Source: Candidatus Fimihabitans intestinipullorum
GTDB lineage: Bacteria; Bacillota_I; Bacilli_A; RF39; UBA660
Reading direction: 5' to 3'
DNA: 64,000 nt
Assembly (NCBI GenBank): GCA_018714965.1
Contig: DVML01000025.1
Span: 96,489-160,488 of the forward strand
The notes below the pieces were generated by a model, which was not told the DNA's origin, searched no databases, and worked only from the letters and a program-made list of their open reading frames with translations. How positions within the stretch are numbered: position 1 is the stretch's first letter; each line of letters opens with the position of its first letter. The translations under genes were made by a program, and so were the position numbers. This document shows, one piece after another, positions 45,210-56,073 of this stretch.

Positions 45210-45584
45210 ATGGTAAAATTTTATCGATGCAATCATTGTGGGAATATTGTCATGATGGTACATGATTCAAAAGTTCCTATGATGTGTTGTGGTGAAAAAA
45301 TGACTGAACTTGTTGCTGGAAGTACAGATGCTGCAGTAGAAAAACACGTACCGGTTGTAGATATCAAAAGTAACTCTGTAGAGGTAAGTGTAGGAAGTGT
45401 TATGCATCCCATGGAAGAAGAACACTATATTATGTGGATCTATTTAGAGACAAATCGCGGTGGACAAATAAAATATTTGAATCCAGGAGAAGATGCGATG
45501 GCAACATTCTTATTAAATGATGAAAAGCCAAAGGTTGTTTATGCATATTGTAATTTACATGGTCTTTGGAAGAAAGAAATATAA
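45210..45584 (+). CDS. dfx: desulfoferrodoxin (superoxide reductase)
   Basis: N-terminal CNHCGN...CCGE desulforedoxin-like site plus centre II ligands (EKHVPV, HPMEEEHYI, CNLHGLW). Confidence 0.9.
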   Translation: MVKFYRCNHCGNIVMMVHDSKVPMMCCGEKMTELVAGSTDAAVEKHVPVVDIKSNSVEVSVGSVMHPMEEEHYIMWIYLETNRGGQIKYLNPGEDAMATFLLNDEKPKVVYAYCNLHGLWKKEI

Positions 45585-45761
45585 GATACCTCGGTATCTT
45601 TTTTTCTTGGTTGGATATTTTAATTATAGGGACTAGGATCTAAAATATATCAATTATTTTCTGTAACCTTTATTTAGAAAATGAAATAATTTAATGAAAA
45701 ATACACAAATTTATTAGAATAATCAAGCTTCCTTTCATATACTAAGTTGAGGAGGGATAAA

Positions 45762-46618
<857 letters not shown>

Positions 46619-46620
46619 TT

Positions 46621-46744
46621 AGCGCCAGAACCAAAGGGTTGACGAGGTTAGTAGTTATCGAAATTTCGGCGGATGCTGCTACGGACGTGTATTCGTAAGA
46701 ATTATGACAAACTTCCAAATCAAGATGGGAACAAAACATAATTC
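46621..46744 (+). ncRNA. glmS ribozyme: glmS ribozyme (GlcN6P-dependent self-cleaving riboswitch)
   Basis: AGCGCCAGAAC...GACGAGG...UUAUCGAAAUUUCGGCGGAUG core, P2.1 UAGUAG/CUGCUA, and P4 GAATTATG 46699-46706 / CATAATTC 46737-46744. Lies directly upstream of glmS. Confidence 0.9.
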
Positions 46745-46772
46745 ATGCACATTTTTTAAAGAAGGGATTTAT

Positions 46773-48551
46773 ATGTGTGGAATTATTGGATATGTAGGAA
46801 AGAAGGAAAAGACACTTTCTGTTTTATTGGATGGCTTAACAAATTTAGAGTATAGAGGATATGATTCAGCTGGTATTGCTTATTTTGATTCAGGACAGAT
46901 TGAAGTTGTAAAGCAAACAGGAAAAATTTTGGCATTGGAGAACAAGATAAAAAAGCAGATTGATACATATTGTGGGATTGGTCATACGAGATGGGCAACA
47001 CATGGAAAACCGACCGTTTTAAATGCGCATCCTCATCGTCACGGAAAGTTTGTGCTTGTCCATAATGGAATTATCGAAAATGCCGATGAATTAAAGATGC
47101 GGTTGCTAGAAGAAGGATATGCGTTTTATTCGGATACTGATACAGAAGTTGCAGTTGCTTTGTTAGATTCTATCTATCGAAGGCGTTGCGATGTTCTTGT
47201 GTCAATTCATGAGCTGATGGAATTGTTAGAAGGTTCGTATGCTTTTGAAATTTTATGTGAAGATTATCCGAATGATATTTATGTTGCTAAAAATGCTAGT
47301 CCGCTTATTATCGGGATAGGATCACAAGAAATGTATGTAGCAAGTGATGTACCTGCAATTTTACAGGAAACTTCAAAGTATATGATTTTAGAGGATATGG
47401 AATATGGTAAGATTGAAAAGAATGGAGTTCATGTTTACAATATGAAGCAAGAAGAAATTCCGAAAGCAATCTTAGAATTTGAGGGAAGCATGGATAGTGC
47501 TAAGAAAAACGGATATGCTCACTTTATGTTAAAAGAGATGATGGAAGAACCAGAAATTTTGAAAACCTTATTTCATTCTTATCGGAAAGATCCGGAGAGA
47601 TGGAAAAGCAATCTTCCGGACTTGAAAAAGTATAGAGAGATTGATATTGTCGCATGTGGAAGTGCCTATCATGCAGGGATGATAGGGAAGTACTATTTAG
47701 AAACTTATGTAGGAATTCCTGTCACGGTATCTCTCGCAAGTGAGTATCGTTATCAGACGTTGTTTTCTCGCCGGGACAAATTAGTCATCTTCGTCTCTCA
47801 ATCAGGGGAGACAGCTGATACGCTTGCTTGTTTAAAACTCGTGAAAGATCATGGTATGGATACACTTGCAATTGTCAATGTTGTGGGAAGTTCTATTGCA
47901 CGTGCTGCTGATTATGTTTTATATACGAAGGCAGGATACGAGCTTGCAGTCGCAACTACGAAGGCGTATATTGCGCAAGTGGCGGCATTTCTTTTCATTG
48001 CACTTGCTTTTGGAAAGGTAAAATTAGAACAATTTGATATCGAAAATTTATATGACATTCAAAAGAAGCTTTTAGAAAACCATTATTCAGAAATTATAAA
48101 CTATTTAGCGAATGCTTCGCGTATCTTCTTTATTGGGCGACAGGTCGATTATGCAATTGCGATGGAAGCATCTCTAAAACTAAAAGAGATTTCTTATTTA
48201 ATGAGCGATGCTTATGCGGCGGGTGAATTGAAGCATGGTACTATTTCTTTAATCGAAGAGGGAACGCCGGTAGTAGCGATTGTGACAGATCCAAAAGTTG
48301 CGGAAAAAACAATCAGCAATATCAAAGAAGTAAAAGCTCGTGGTGCTTACGTTGTCTTGGTGATTTCTTCCGATTTAGATGACTCGTTTGATTGGTGCGA
48401 TCAAAAAATCGTAATTCCGGAAGTTTCAAGTATTTTGATGCCGCTTGTTACGATATTACCGTTACAAATGCTTGCATACGATATCGCACTGAACAAAGGC
48501 TGTGATATCGATCAACCTCGTAATCTCGCTAAATCAGTTACAGTAGAATAA
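46773..48551 (+). CDS. glmS: glutamine--fructose-6-phosphate aminotransferase
   Basis: The protein begins with the MCGIIGYVG Ntn N-terminus, carries two SIS domains and ends in C-terminal KSVTVE. The track start at 46704 lies inside the ribozyme. Confidence 0.97.
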   Translation: MCGIIGYVGKKEKTLSVLLDGLTNLEYRGYDSAGIAYFDSGQIEVVKQTGKILALENKIKKQIDTYCGIGHTRWATHGKPTVLNAHPHRHGKFVLVHNGIIENADELKMRLLEEGYAFYSDTDTEVAVALLDSIYRRRCDVLVSIHELMELLEGSYAFEILCEDYPNDIYVAKNASPLIIGIGSQEMYVASDVPAILQETSKYMILEDMEYGKIEKNGVHVYNMKQEEIPKAILEFEGSMDSAKKNGYAHFMLKEMMEEPEILKTLFHSYRKDPERWKSNLPDLKKYREIDIVACGSAYHAGMIGKYYLETYVGIPVTVSLASEYRYQTLFSRRDKLVIFVSQSGETADTLACLKLVKDHGMDTLAIVNVVGSSIARAADYVLYTKAGYELAVATTKAYIAQVAAFLFIALAFGKVKLEQFDIENLYDIQKKLLENHYSEIINYLANASRIFFIGRQVDYAIAMEASLKLKEISYLMSDAYAAGELKHGTISLIEEGTPVVAIVTDPKVAEKTISNIKEVKARGAYVVLVISSDLDDSFDWCDQKIVIPEVSSILMPLVTILPLQMLAYDIALNKGCDIDQPRNLAKSVTVE

Positions 48552-48561
48552 AAGAGAAAAG

Positions 48562-49011
48562 TTATTTTAAGCTTTTCTCTTTGTTTTTCATTTTTGCTTT
48601 AATTTCATCGCTATCGTAAGTGATATTTTTCTCTCCCAAGGTATATACGAGAATACGGTTGAGTTCCTCTTCTAAATTGGAAAAAGAAATTCCCGTATCT
48701 GCTTCGAAGGTTTCAATAGAAGAGTGTTCGTATTCTTTTGGAATGTGTTTAATCCAAAAGTCCCAAATCATCTTCATAATCAGATCTTCACGATTTCTAG
48801 GAATATCTAATGAAAGAATACTTGAAAGATGGTGGGTTAAATATGTCAATTGAAATTTCATTCTAATATTTTTTCGCGCATATAAATTTAAAAAATACAT
48901 TGGCATATATTGCTTTTCTAGATATATACTTTCATATATAACATAAATTTCTTTGATGTTGTTTGGATATAAAGAAAAAATTTGATGTTCTCGATTTAAA
49001 GTATAAGCCAT
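48562..49011 (-). CDS. hypothetical protein (149 aa)
   Basis: ORF with RBS AGGAAAGGAG upstream, convergent with glmS. No family recognised. Confidence 0.5.
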   Translation of the reverse strand: MAYTLNREHQIFSLYPNNIKEIYVIYESIYLEKQYMPMYFLNLYARKNIRMKFQLTYLTHHLSSILSLDIPRNREDLIMKMIWDFWIKHIPKEYEHSSIETFEADTGISFSNLEEELNRILVYTLGEKNITYDSDEIKAKMKNKEKSLK

Positions 49012-49173
49012 AGAATTTCTCCTTTCCTATATCGTGTTATTCCAGTATATTTTATCATGATTTTTCGATGTTGAACAGAGTTGACAAAAATTTACAAAAA
49101 CCGATATTTCTAGATTGTCAGACTTTATTTGGAGTGTTATAATAAAACTATAGAATAGTAGGAGGAAAGAAAT

Positions 49174-49971
49174 ATGAAGAAAATCGCTTTATTGTTAATT
49201 CCATTTGCCGTATTCTTTATTGGAATGCACGGAGCCAAAGCTGCTGAGTACAAAATTATCGTTCGCAATGAAGAGTATGAGACAGACGAGACGGTAGGAG
49301 GAAGTGTATTTAAACTAGAAAATGAGAGTGGAACATTTTCACAAACATGGACTTCTACAGGAGAAAAGACGTTTACAGTAACAGAACCTGGGAAGTATAC
49401 TTTGACAGAGTTAAAACCAGCTGATGGATATATTCCTGTTCCAAGTCAGACTTTGGAAGTGCCTGGAGACCTTGGAAATACAGTAAATTTTTTAACAGCA
49501 CATGATTATACCAAATCAGAATTTATTATCAAGGATAAAAATGGAGTTCCAATTGTAGGAACAGAGTTTGCCATCTACGATTCAGAAGGACATGAATGGG
49601 CAAGATGGACACAGACGACGGAAAAACACACAGTTGTAAAATTGCCATATGGTGAATTCACTTTGAAGGTATTAAGCATTCCAGAGGGATATGCGTATCC
49701 ACCAGATACAGTATTTGAAATTGACGAAAAATGTATCGATCCAAAAGAGATTGTCGTAGTACCACCAGAAGAACCAACTCCAACACCTACGCCAACTCCG
49801 GGTGAACCAACACCTACACCAGGTGAACCAACACCGACTCCAGAGGAACCAGAAAAAATTACAGATGTTCCAAATACAAGTAGTGCACAATCTATGATTT
49901 TATATGGAATCGGAGCTGTTATCACATTGTGTGGTGCCGGAATGATCTATAAACATGCAAAACAAAACTAA
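49174..49971 (+). CDS. cell-wall-anchored surface protein with two Cna-B/SpaA-type domains and a non-canonical VPNTS sorting signal
   Basis: Signal peptide ending AKA|AEY, motifs GGSVFKL...GKYTLTELKPADGY and GTEFAIY...GEFTLKVLSIPEGY, a PT-rich linker, then VPNTS, a hydrophobic helix and KHAKQN. Confidence 0.8.
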   Translation: MKKIALLLIPFAVFFIGMHGAKAAEYKIIVRNEEYETDETVGGSVFKLENESGTFSQTWTSTGEKTFTVTEPGKYTLTELKPADGYIPVPSQTLEVPGDLGNTVNFLTAHDYTKSEFIIKDKNGVPIVGTEFAIYDSEGHEWARWTQTTEKHTVVKLPYGEFTLKVLSIPEGYAYPPDTVFEIDEKCIDPKEIVVVPPEEPTPTPTPTPGEPTPTPGEPTPTPEEPEKITDVPNTSSAQSMILYGIGAVITLCGAGMIYKHAKQN

Positions 49972-50632
49972 AAAAAATAAGCTCAAGAATAGCCAATTGA
50001 TACAAATTGGCTTTTTGCTCATATTGGTGGGAATTGGAGTTGTCTGCATTCAACCTTTCCAAGCAAGAAAATTAAAAGCTATCGACACGATGAATCAGAA
50101 AATCTTAGAAAGAGAAACAGATGATGAAAATTCACAGTCCGAAGAAATCGTATCCGATGTTCCGACAGAGAATATCGTAGAAAGTACTGCTGATATTCAG
50201 GAAACCCATGAGGAAAGTTCTGAGAAAGTATCGTATGCAGGTATTTTAGAAATTCCTTCGATTCATTTAAAGAGAGGTTTTGTTTCCAAAGGATCTTCAC
50301 AGAATAAAGTGAGCAGAAATATCACGATTTTAAAAGAATCATCTATGCCAGATGCTGAAAATGGTAATTTCATTTTGGCGGCTCATTCTGGTACGGCAGC
50401 AATCTCGTACTTTAAGAATTTGGAAAAGGTAAAAGTTGGAGATCTTGTATATGTTACATATCGTGGTAAGAAATATACTTATCAAATAGATCATCAATAC
50501 CGTGTTCCTAAGACTGGTGAATTAAATATCTATCGTGATCGCTCTAAAAGGACGATAACCTTAATTACTTGTGCATCTGATAACGATGTTGAACAAGTTG
50601 TCATGATCGGTTATAATACTAGTGTAGAGTAA
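49955..50632 (+). CDS. sortase-family transpeptidase (atypical)
   Basis: N-terminal anchor, LAAHSG His motif and TLITC Cys motif. Overlaps the substrate gene by 17 nt. Confidence 0.8.
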   Translation: MQNKTKKNKLKNSQLIQIGFLLILVGIGVVCIQPFQARKLKAIDTMNQKILERETDDENSQSEEIVSDVPTENIVESTADIQETHEESSEKVSYAGILEIPSIHLKRGFVSKGSSQNKVSRNITILKESSMPDAENGNFILAAHSGTAAISYFKNLEKVKVGDLVYVTYRGKKYTYQIDHQYRVPKTGELNIYRDRSKRTITLITCASDNDVEQVVMIGYNTSVE

Positions 50633-50653
50633 AAGATAAAGGGGGGAGAGAAT

Positions 50654-51700
50654 ATGAATCTATCGTTTTTCGAACGACTTTTCGTCGTATTTGAATTATG
50701 TATCTCTTCTCCTTTTCTCGTGTGTTTATTTTTATTATTTTGTGGACTGAGTGTGATATTATTTTTAAAAATTTACCGGTCCCAGAAGATTTATACATAT
50801 TTAATTCCGATCGTATGTGTTGTTTGTTTTCTTTTTATTTTAATTTGTTATTTTCCAGCAATACAGGAAAGCTTCAACTATGCAATCGATGATATCTTTT
50901 TAAAAGTATATTTTCCAAGTATTACATTTTACTTTGCGATTTTAATTACGAGTATTATTGCGCTCATTGTATCATTGATATCATCTAAACTTTCGAGAAC
51001 CTCTAAAACGATTCATATTATATTCTTTATAGTGAATCAATTTTTATTCTGCGTGTTCCTATCTATATTAAGTACGGAAAATTTCGATGTTACAAGTTGG
51101 AGCGATTTATATCAGACGAAGGAAATGTTATCTGTACTAGAAACTTCTACTATCACGCTTGTTTTATGGGGGCTTTCATTATCTATTTGTTATGTGCTTG
51201 CAAAGATAAAAGAAAAGACAGAACCAAAGGAAGAAAAAGTGTATATCGAAGAAGAAACCTATCAAAAACAGGTTGCAGAATTTCAAGAGAAAATTGCAAA
51301 GTTAGAAGAATCTTTATCACGTACAGTGATCGATGACGAAAAAGTAAAACAAGAATTTTCCATATTAGAAAACCGCTGCGAGAATCTAGAAAAATTATTA
51401 CAGCGTAAGGATCAATATTATATGGAACAGATCAACCAATTAAAGCAAAATGATGTCGATACGAAGGTGGAAGGATGGCTTCATAAAATAGAACAATTCG
51501 TTATCGATAAGGCGGATGAGACAGATCAAAAAATTGCAAAGTTAGAAAAAGATGTACTTGTCAATGTGCCAGAAATGAAGGAAAAATTGACAGAGTTAAA
51601 TCAACTACTAGGTTCGTTTCAAACTGAATTAGAACCATATGAAGATTCGAAAGATAACGACGTTGAGATTATTGATTTTGATGAAGAAACATTTGATTAA
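50654..51700 (+). CDS. polytopic membrane protein with C-terminal coiled coil (hypothetical)
   Basis: About 6 TM helices followed by an E/K-rich heptad-like region. RBS AAAGGGGGGAGAG. Confidence 0.55.
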   Translation: MNLSFFERLFVVFELCISSPFLVCLFLLFCGLSVILFLKIYRSQKIYTYLIPIVCVVCFLFILICYFPAIQESFNYAIDDIFLKVYFPSITFYFAILITSIIALIVSLISSKLSRTSKTIHIIFFIVNQFLFCVFLSILSTENFDVTSWSDLYQTKEMLSVLETSTITLVLWGLSLSICYVLAKIKEKTEPKEEKVYIEEETYQKQVAEFQEKIAKLEESLSRTVIDDEKVKQEFSILENRCENLEKLLQRKDQYYMEQINQLKQNDVDTKVEGWLHKIEQFVIDKADETDQKIAKLEKDVLVNVPEMKEKLTELNQLLGSFQTELEPYEDSKDNDVEIIDFDEETFD

Positions 51701-51767
51701 ATCAAATGTTTTTTGTTGACAATAGAAAGATATTATATATAATATCTACATTGAAAGGAATTTTTAT

Positions 51768-52670
51768 ATGAAAAAAATTATAGCACATAAAGGAGGAGCA
51801 TATTTATATCCAGAAAATAGTAGGGATGCGATTCTTCAATCTTATGATGATTTTACTTGTGATGGTACTGAAATAGATGTACGTATGACGAAAGATCGCG
51901 TATTAGTTATAATGCATGATATAGATACTTTTCGTTCTGGGGATAAATTAAAACTTATTCGTAATCACACCTATGACGAACTAAAAAATATATTAGTACG
52001 TCCACACCGGATCGATTGGTATTTACAGTATTATGAAAATCTTACTTCTCGAGATTCTATACACGACAGATATAATTTGCAACTATTATCTAGTGTGAAA
52101 CACAAGAGATCCAATCTTATAACGCTAAAAGAAGCTTTAATGATGCTTCCACAAAATCATGAATTAGTTGTAGAGTATAAAGGTGCAAATGAAGATTATG
52201 ATGCCTATGAAACTTATCAGCGTATTTTGTTTGAGACAATTGCTCCGTATTCTTATAAGAACGTAAAAGTAAAAGGATATGATGCGCGGATTGGAATGTA
52301 TTTAAAGAAAAAGTTAGGTAATGTCGCTGTAGGAACATTAGTGAATCGCAAAACAATTACGAATATAGATTACCCGTTTGACTTTGTTTCTATTCAAAAC
52401 CGCTTGTTATTGAAGCAAAAGGAACTTTATCAAAAATGTGTTTCATATCATAATTGTTCCAGAGATTTGTATGTATGGACTTTGGATCGCTATCAAGATT
52501 TTTTGTCCTGTTCTCGTTTTTTCGAAAAGTATCAAACGATGCCTAATATCATTACTAATAATCCGAGAGTTATGTATAAGTTGATGAGGTTGCACGATAT
52601 ATTTGGAAATCAGTTTGAAGAACAGACAAAAAAAGTAGAAATGCAGAAAATATTAAAGTATCCAATGTAG
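51768..52670 (+). CDS. glycerophosphodiester phosphodiesterase-family protein
   Basis: IAHKGG...PENS and EIDVRMTKDRVLVIMHD motifs of the GDPD fold. Confidence 0.65.
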   Translation: MKKIIAHKGGAYLYPENSRDAILQSYDDFTCDGTEIDVRMTKDRVLVIMHDIDTFRSGDKLKLIRNHTYDELKNILVRPHRIDWYLQYYENLTSRDSIHDRYNLQLLSSVKHKRSNLITLKEALMMLPQNHELVVEYKGANEDYDAYETYQRILFETIAPYSYKNVKVKGYDARIGMYLKKKLGNVAVGTLVNRKTITNIDYPFDFVSIQNRLLLKQKELYQKCVSYHNCSRDLYVWTLDRYQDFLSCSRFFEKYQTMPNIITNNPRVMYKLMRLHDIFGNQFEEQTKKVEMQKILKYPM

Positions 52671-52763
52671 ATAGTGATTACGATGATTGAAAACTGCTTG
52701 TGTGCAGTTTTTTATTGTACTCTCGTCGGTGATATAGTATAATCAATGTGGGGGAAAGAAAGT

Positions 52764-53663
52764 ATGTTGAAAGTAGAAAATGTAACAAAATATTATGGTG
52801 ACTTTTTAGCAGTAGATCACTTGAGCTTTGAAGTAAGACCGGGTGAAATTTTCGGCTTGCTTGGAGTCAATGGGGCAGGAAAGACAACGACATTCCGTAT
52901 GATCATGGGGTTACTTGATATGACGGAGGGCTCTATTACACTAGATGGGAAAAAGATAGATTATGATATTACCGATCAAATTGGATTTTTGACGGAAGAA
53001 AGAAGCCTCCTTACAAAGATGACCGTAAAAGAGCAATGTCTATTTTATGGAACGCTAAAAGGGATGAGCGAAGAGAAGATCTTGTCTCGCTTGGATGAAT
53101 TATTGGAACGTTTTGAAGTTCCAGAATATAAAGATAAGAAGATTAAAGAATTATCGAAGGGAAATCAACAAAAAATACAGTTTATTACGGCGATTTTAAA
53201 TGAACCTAGGTTGCTCATTTTAGATGAACCTTTCTCTGGATTAGATCCATTTAACGTAGAAATATTTAAAAAAGAAATTTTATCGCTTGCGGAAAAGGGG
53301 AGTATGATTATTTTTTCATCTCATCGTATGGAACATGTCGAGTTGTTCTGCAAAAAATTGGTAATTATGTTACATGGAAAACCAGTGATTGCCGGATATT
53401 TAAAAGATATCAAAGAACAATATCGTAAGAAGAACATCTTTGTTAAAGGGGACGTCACTCCAAAAGATTTTGAATCGATTCCAGGTGTGGTCGAAGTGAT
53501 TGAGCACGCGGATGAATTAGAAGTAAAAATTGAAAGTGAAGATGTCGTAGATAAGGTATTTCGAACGGTCAGTAAAAAGAAGCATGTTACAAAGTTTGTA
53601 GTAGAAGAACCAACATTGAATGAGATCTTTGTTTCTAAAGTAGGTGAGAGTTATGAAAAGTAA
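52764..53663 (+). CDS. ABC transporter ATP-binding protein (NatA-like)
   Basis: Walker A GVNGAGKTT, signature LSKGNQQK, and Walker B LLILDEP. Confidence 0.92.
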   Translation: MLKVENVTKYYGDFLAVDHLSFEVRPGEIFGLLGVNGAGKTTTFRMIMGLLDMTEGSITLDGKKIDYDITDQIGFLTEERSLLTKMTVKEQCLFYGTLKGMSEEKILSRLDELLERFEVPEYKDKKIKELSKGNQQKIQFITAILNEPRLLILDEPFSGLDPFNVEIFKKEILSLAEKGSMIIFSSHRMEHVELFCKKLVIMLHGKPVIAGYLKDIKEQYRKKNIFVKGDVTPKDFESIPGVVEVIEHADELEVKIESEDVVDKVFRTVSKKKHVTKFVVEEPTLNEIFVSKVGESYEK

Positions 53664-54996
53664 TCAAAGTAAAAAGTTGTGGTACTTGGTTGGCGTCAGT
53701 CTAAAAAGAAAAGTGAAAACTAAATGGTTTGTTATTGCCAATATTTTACTTGCGGCTATGATTATAGGTGTTATGAATATCGATACGATTATTACTGCAT
53801 TTGGTGGTGATTTTAACGAAAAGACGACAGTTTATGTTTTAGATGAGACCGATGAAAGTTACGAGTTATTTCAGTCTCAAATGGGGGTTATAGATCAAGC
53901 AACAGAAGAGGTACAAAGTGATGAAGAAGAACCGGAATATATAGTAAAAAAATATCAAAAATCAGAAAAAGAATTAAAACAGGAAATTAAAGACGACAAT
54001 AAAAAAATAGGTGTCATCATATCTCCTTCTGAACAAAATGTCGTAGATGTTACGTTGATTAGCAATGAATTTTTAGAAATGTTAGAAACTCAGAGAATTA
54101 CATCAGCAATCAATAATACAAAGACAGCACTCGCAATTTCAAAATCTTCTATTTCAGAAGAAGAACTAGCAGCGATCTATGATCCAGTTAAAATCAATCG
54201 AATCTATTTAGATGAATCGAAAACAGAAGAGGACGAGTCATCTCAAATGATTATGGGAATGGTGTTTCCAATCATTATTTTACCATTTTTCATGTTGACA
54301 CTATTCTTAGTTCAAATGATAGGAGCGGAGGTCAATGATGAAAAGACGACAAGGGGAATGGAGATTATCATCGCAAATGTTTCTCCATCGACACATTTCT
54401 TTTCAAAGGTGATTGCTGGAAACACTTTCGTCATCATGCAAGGAATCTTATTGGTTGCTTATGCAGGGGTCGGATTTATCACGAGAATGGTGATTGGTGG
54501 AGATCAAATCATAGGTAGATTTGGAGATGAAATTGGATCAGTTGTTTCCAATGTTATGGGTAGTGGAATTGGACAGTCTCTTATCTATATCATTCCTCTT
54601 ACCTTAATTTTGATGATTCTTACATTTATTGCTTATTCGCTTTTAGCTGGAATTTTAGCAAGTATGACAACGAATATCGAAGATTTTCAACAATTGCAAA
54701 CGCCAATTGTAATTATATCGTTAGTAGGATATTACTTAGCTACGCTTTCTAGTATGTTCGGAGGATCTCTTTTCATCAAGATATTCTCTTATATACCATT
54801 TATTTCAGCTATTTTATCACCATCTTTATTACTTGTAGGAGAAATAGGAATTATTGATATTATAATCTCTATTGTGCTCGTGGTGATTACAAATTTCTTA
54901 TTAGTTAAATATGGATTAAAAATATATAAAGTAGGAATCTTAAATTATTCTTCTAAAGGATTATGGAGGAAGATGTTTAAAGCTTTAAGGGACTAA
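53653..54996 (+). CDS. ABC-2-type permease (NatB-like)
   Basis: N-terminal TM helix, a large extracytoplasmic loop, and 5-6 C-terminal TM helices. Overlaps the ATPase gene by 11 nt. Confidence 0.8.
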   Translation: MKSNQSKKLWYLVGVSLKRKVKTKWFVIANILLAAMIIGVMNIDTIITAFGGDFNEKTTVYVLDETDESYELFQSQMGVIDQATEEVQSDEEEPEYIVKKYQKSEKELKQEIKDDNKKIGVIISPSEQNVVDVTLISNEFLEMLETQRITSAINNTKTALAISKSSISEEELAAIYDPVKINRIYLDESKTEEDESSQMIMGMVFPIIILPFFMLTLFLVQMIGAEVNDEKTTRGMEIIIANVSPSTHFFSKVIAGNTFVIMQGILLVAYAGVGFITRMVIGGDQIIGRFGDEIGSVVSNVMGSGIGQSLIYIIPLTLILMILTFIAYSLLAGILASMTTNIEDFQQLQTPIVIISLVGYYLATLSSMFGGSLFIKIFSYIPFISAILSPSLLLVGEIGIIDIIISIVLVVITNFLLVKYGLKIYKVGILNYSSKGLWRKMFKALRD

Positions 54997-55047
54997 TGTC
55001 CTTTTTTCTTTGCAAATTTATAAAAATGTGTTAAAATGGTATTGCAT

Positions 55048-55133
55048 GCAAGGGTGGTGGAATGGTAGACACGCTACTTTGAGGGGGTAGTGGACTTACG
55101 TCTGTGCGAGTTCAAATCTCGTCTCTTGCACCA
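55048..55133 (+). tRNA. tRNA-Leu (anticodon GAG), CCA encoded
   Basis: Hand-folded cloverleaf: acceptor GCAAGGG/CTCTTGC, anticodon stem CTACT/GGTAG with loop TTGAGGG, long variable arm, and T-arm GCGAG-TTCAAAT-CTCGT. Confidence 0.9.
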
Positions 55134-55170
55134 TTAGAAAATTAGTCGAACTAATCGACTTTTATATATA
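55125..55170 (+). repeat. direct repeat copy 1 (tRNA-Leu 3' end plus downstream hairpin), att-like
   Basis: The core CTTGCACCAT is identical to 56989-56998. The following ~35 nt match the second copy at roughly three quarters of positions. Confidence 0.7.
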
Positions 55171-55225
55171 AAGGTTAATTTCGGTTAACCTTTTTTTGCT
55201 TACCTGAAAGGAGTTCTAAACATTT

Positions 55226-55303
55226 ATGGAAAATGTAACAATGTATTGTAGAGTCTCAACGGAAGATCAAGTTTGTGGAAGTTATTTTTTAGGGGACTAT
55301 TAG
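55226..55303 (+). pseudogene. N-terminal stub of a serine recombinase (25 codons)
   Basis: MENVTMYCRVSTEDQ matches the catalytic YxRVSTxxQ motif. The frame stops at TAG 55301. RBS AAAGGAG. Confidence 0.6.
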
Positions 55304-55589
55304 AAAAGTTAAGAAATATTTTTAAAGAAGAATTTATTTAATCATCTCACTAAGGTCATTAAAAATTTTAAAATAGGATGAAAATTATAAGTTTTAATCA
55401 TTATTTATCCTTAATATCAAACTATGAAGTGGTGTTGCGGTGCCGCTTTCTATATAGTATTTACATCTTATAAAAATTGCTATAATATCGCATAAACTAT
55501 AGGATGTACTGTCCGAATGTAGTACAATAAATATATAAATTATTTTATATGGGAGATTTTATGAAAACATTTTTTTAGGAAAAGAATGT

Positions 55590-55952
55590 GTGGCATTATT
55601 ACTGATTAAATCAAAAAATCATTTTTTTCAAGAAAGCTTTATTACAGTATCTGAACTTAATCGATTTGACCGTTTTTTACAACAAGAATTTAATAATCGT
55701 AATCTAGATGTTGTGATTACTTCCAATACATTAAATAGTGAAGGTTTTAATATAATGGGTGAAGTTATTATGACTTCTGATGCTTGTTGTTTCAATTTGG
55801 ATATGCTTCCGGTAAATATATTAACAGTTCTATATGATTCTAATTTAATTGTAGGTTTTTTGATGCAGTTTGAAAGTGGAAAATTAGAAACACTAGAAAG
55901 AAAAAAAGAAGCAGTTCCTAAACTATGTAAAAAAGTAGTGTCTAGTAGTTAA
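55590..55952 (+). CDS. hypothetical protein (120 aa), islet cargo
   Basis: ORF with a GTG start and a weak RBS. No family recognised; the start is uncertain. Confidence 0.35.
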   Translation: MALLLIKSKNHFFQESFITVSELNRFDRFLQQEFNNRNLDVVITSNTLNSEGFNIMGEVIMTSDACCFNLDMLPVNILTVLYDSNLIVGFLMQFESGKLETLERKKEAVPKLCKKVVSSS

Positions 55953-56073
55953 GCACTATAAATTTATATTAGTTAGTGGTTATTACTATCAATTTAGCAA
56001 AGTCACGATTTGATAGAGAAAAGAATGATTTGAAATGGAAATATGATACAATGAATATGAGAGGAGTTAAACT

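Noticed and set aside
46704-46772. In-frame upstream ATG extending glmS by 23 codons
   Set aside because: It lies inside the P4 helix of the glmS ribozyme. GlmS must begin with Met-Cys (MCGIIG) for Ntn processing.
55586-55609. Mini-ORF ATGTGTGGCATTATTACTGATTAA (MCGIITD) resembling the glmS start, overlapping the 55590 ORF in another frame
   Set aside because: It is only 7 codons long, and the downstream sequence in either frame does not resemble an amidotransferase. It is probably coincidental.
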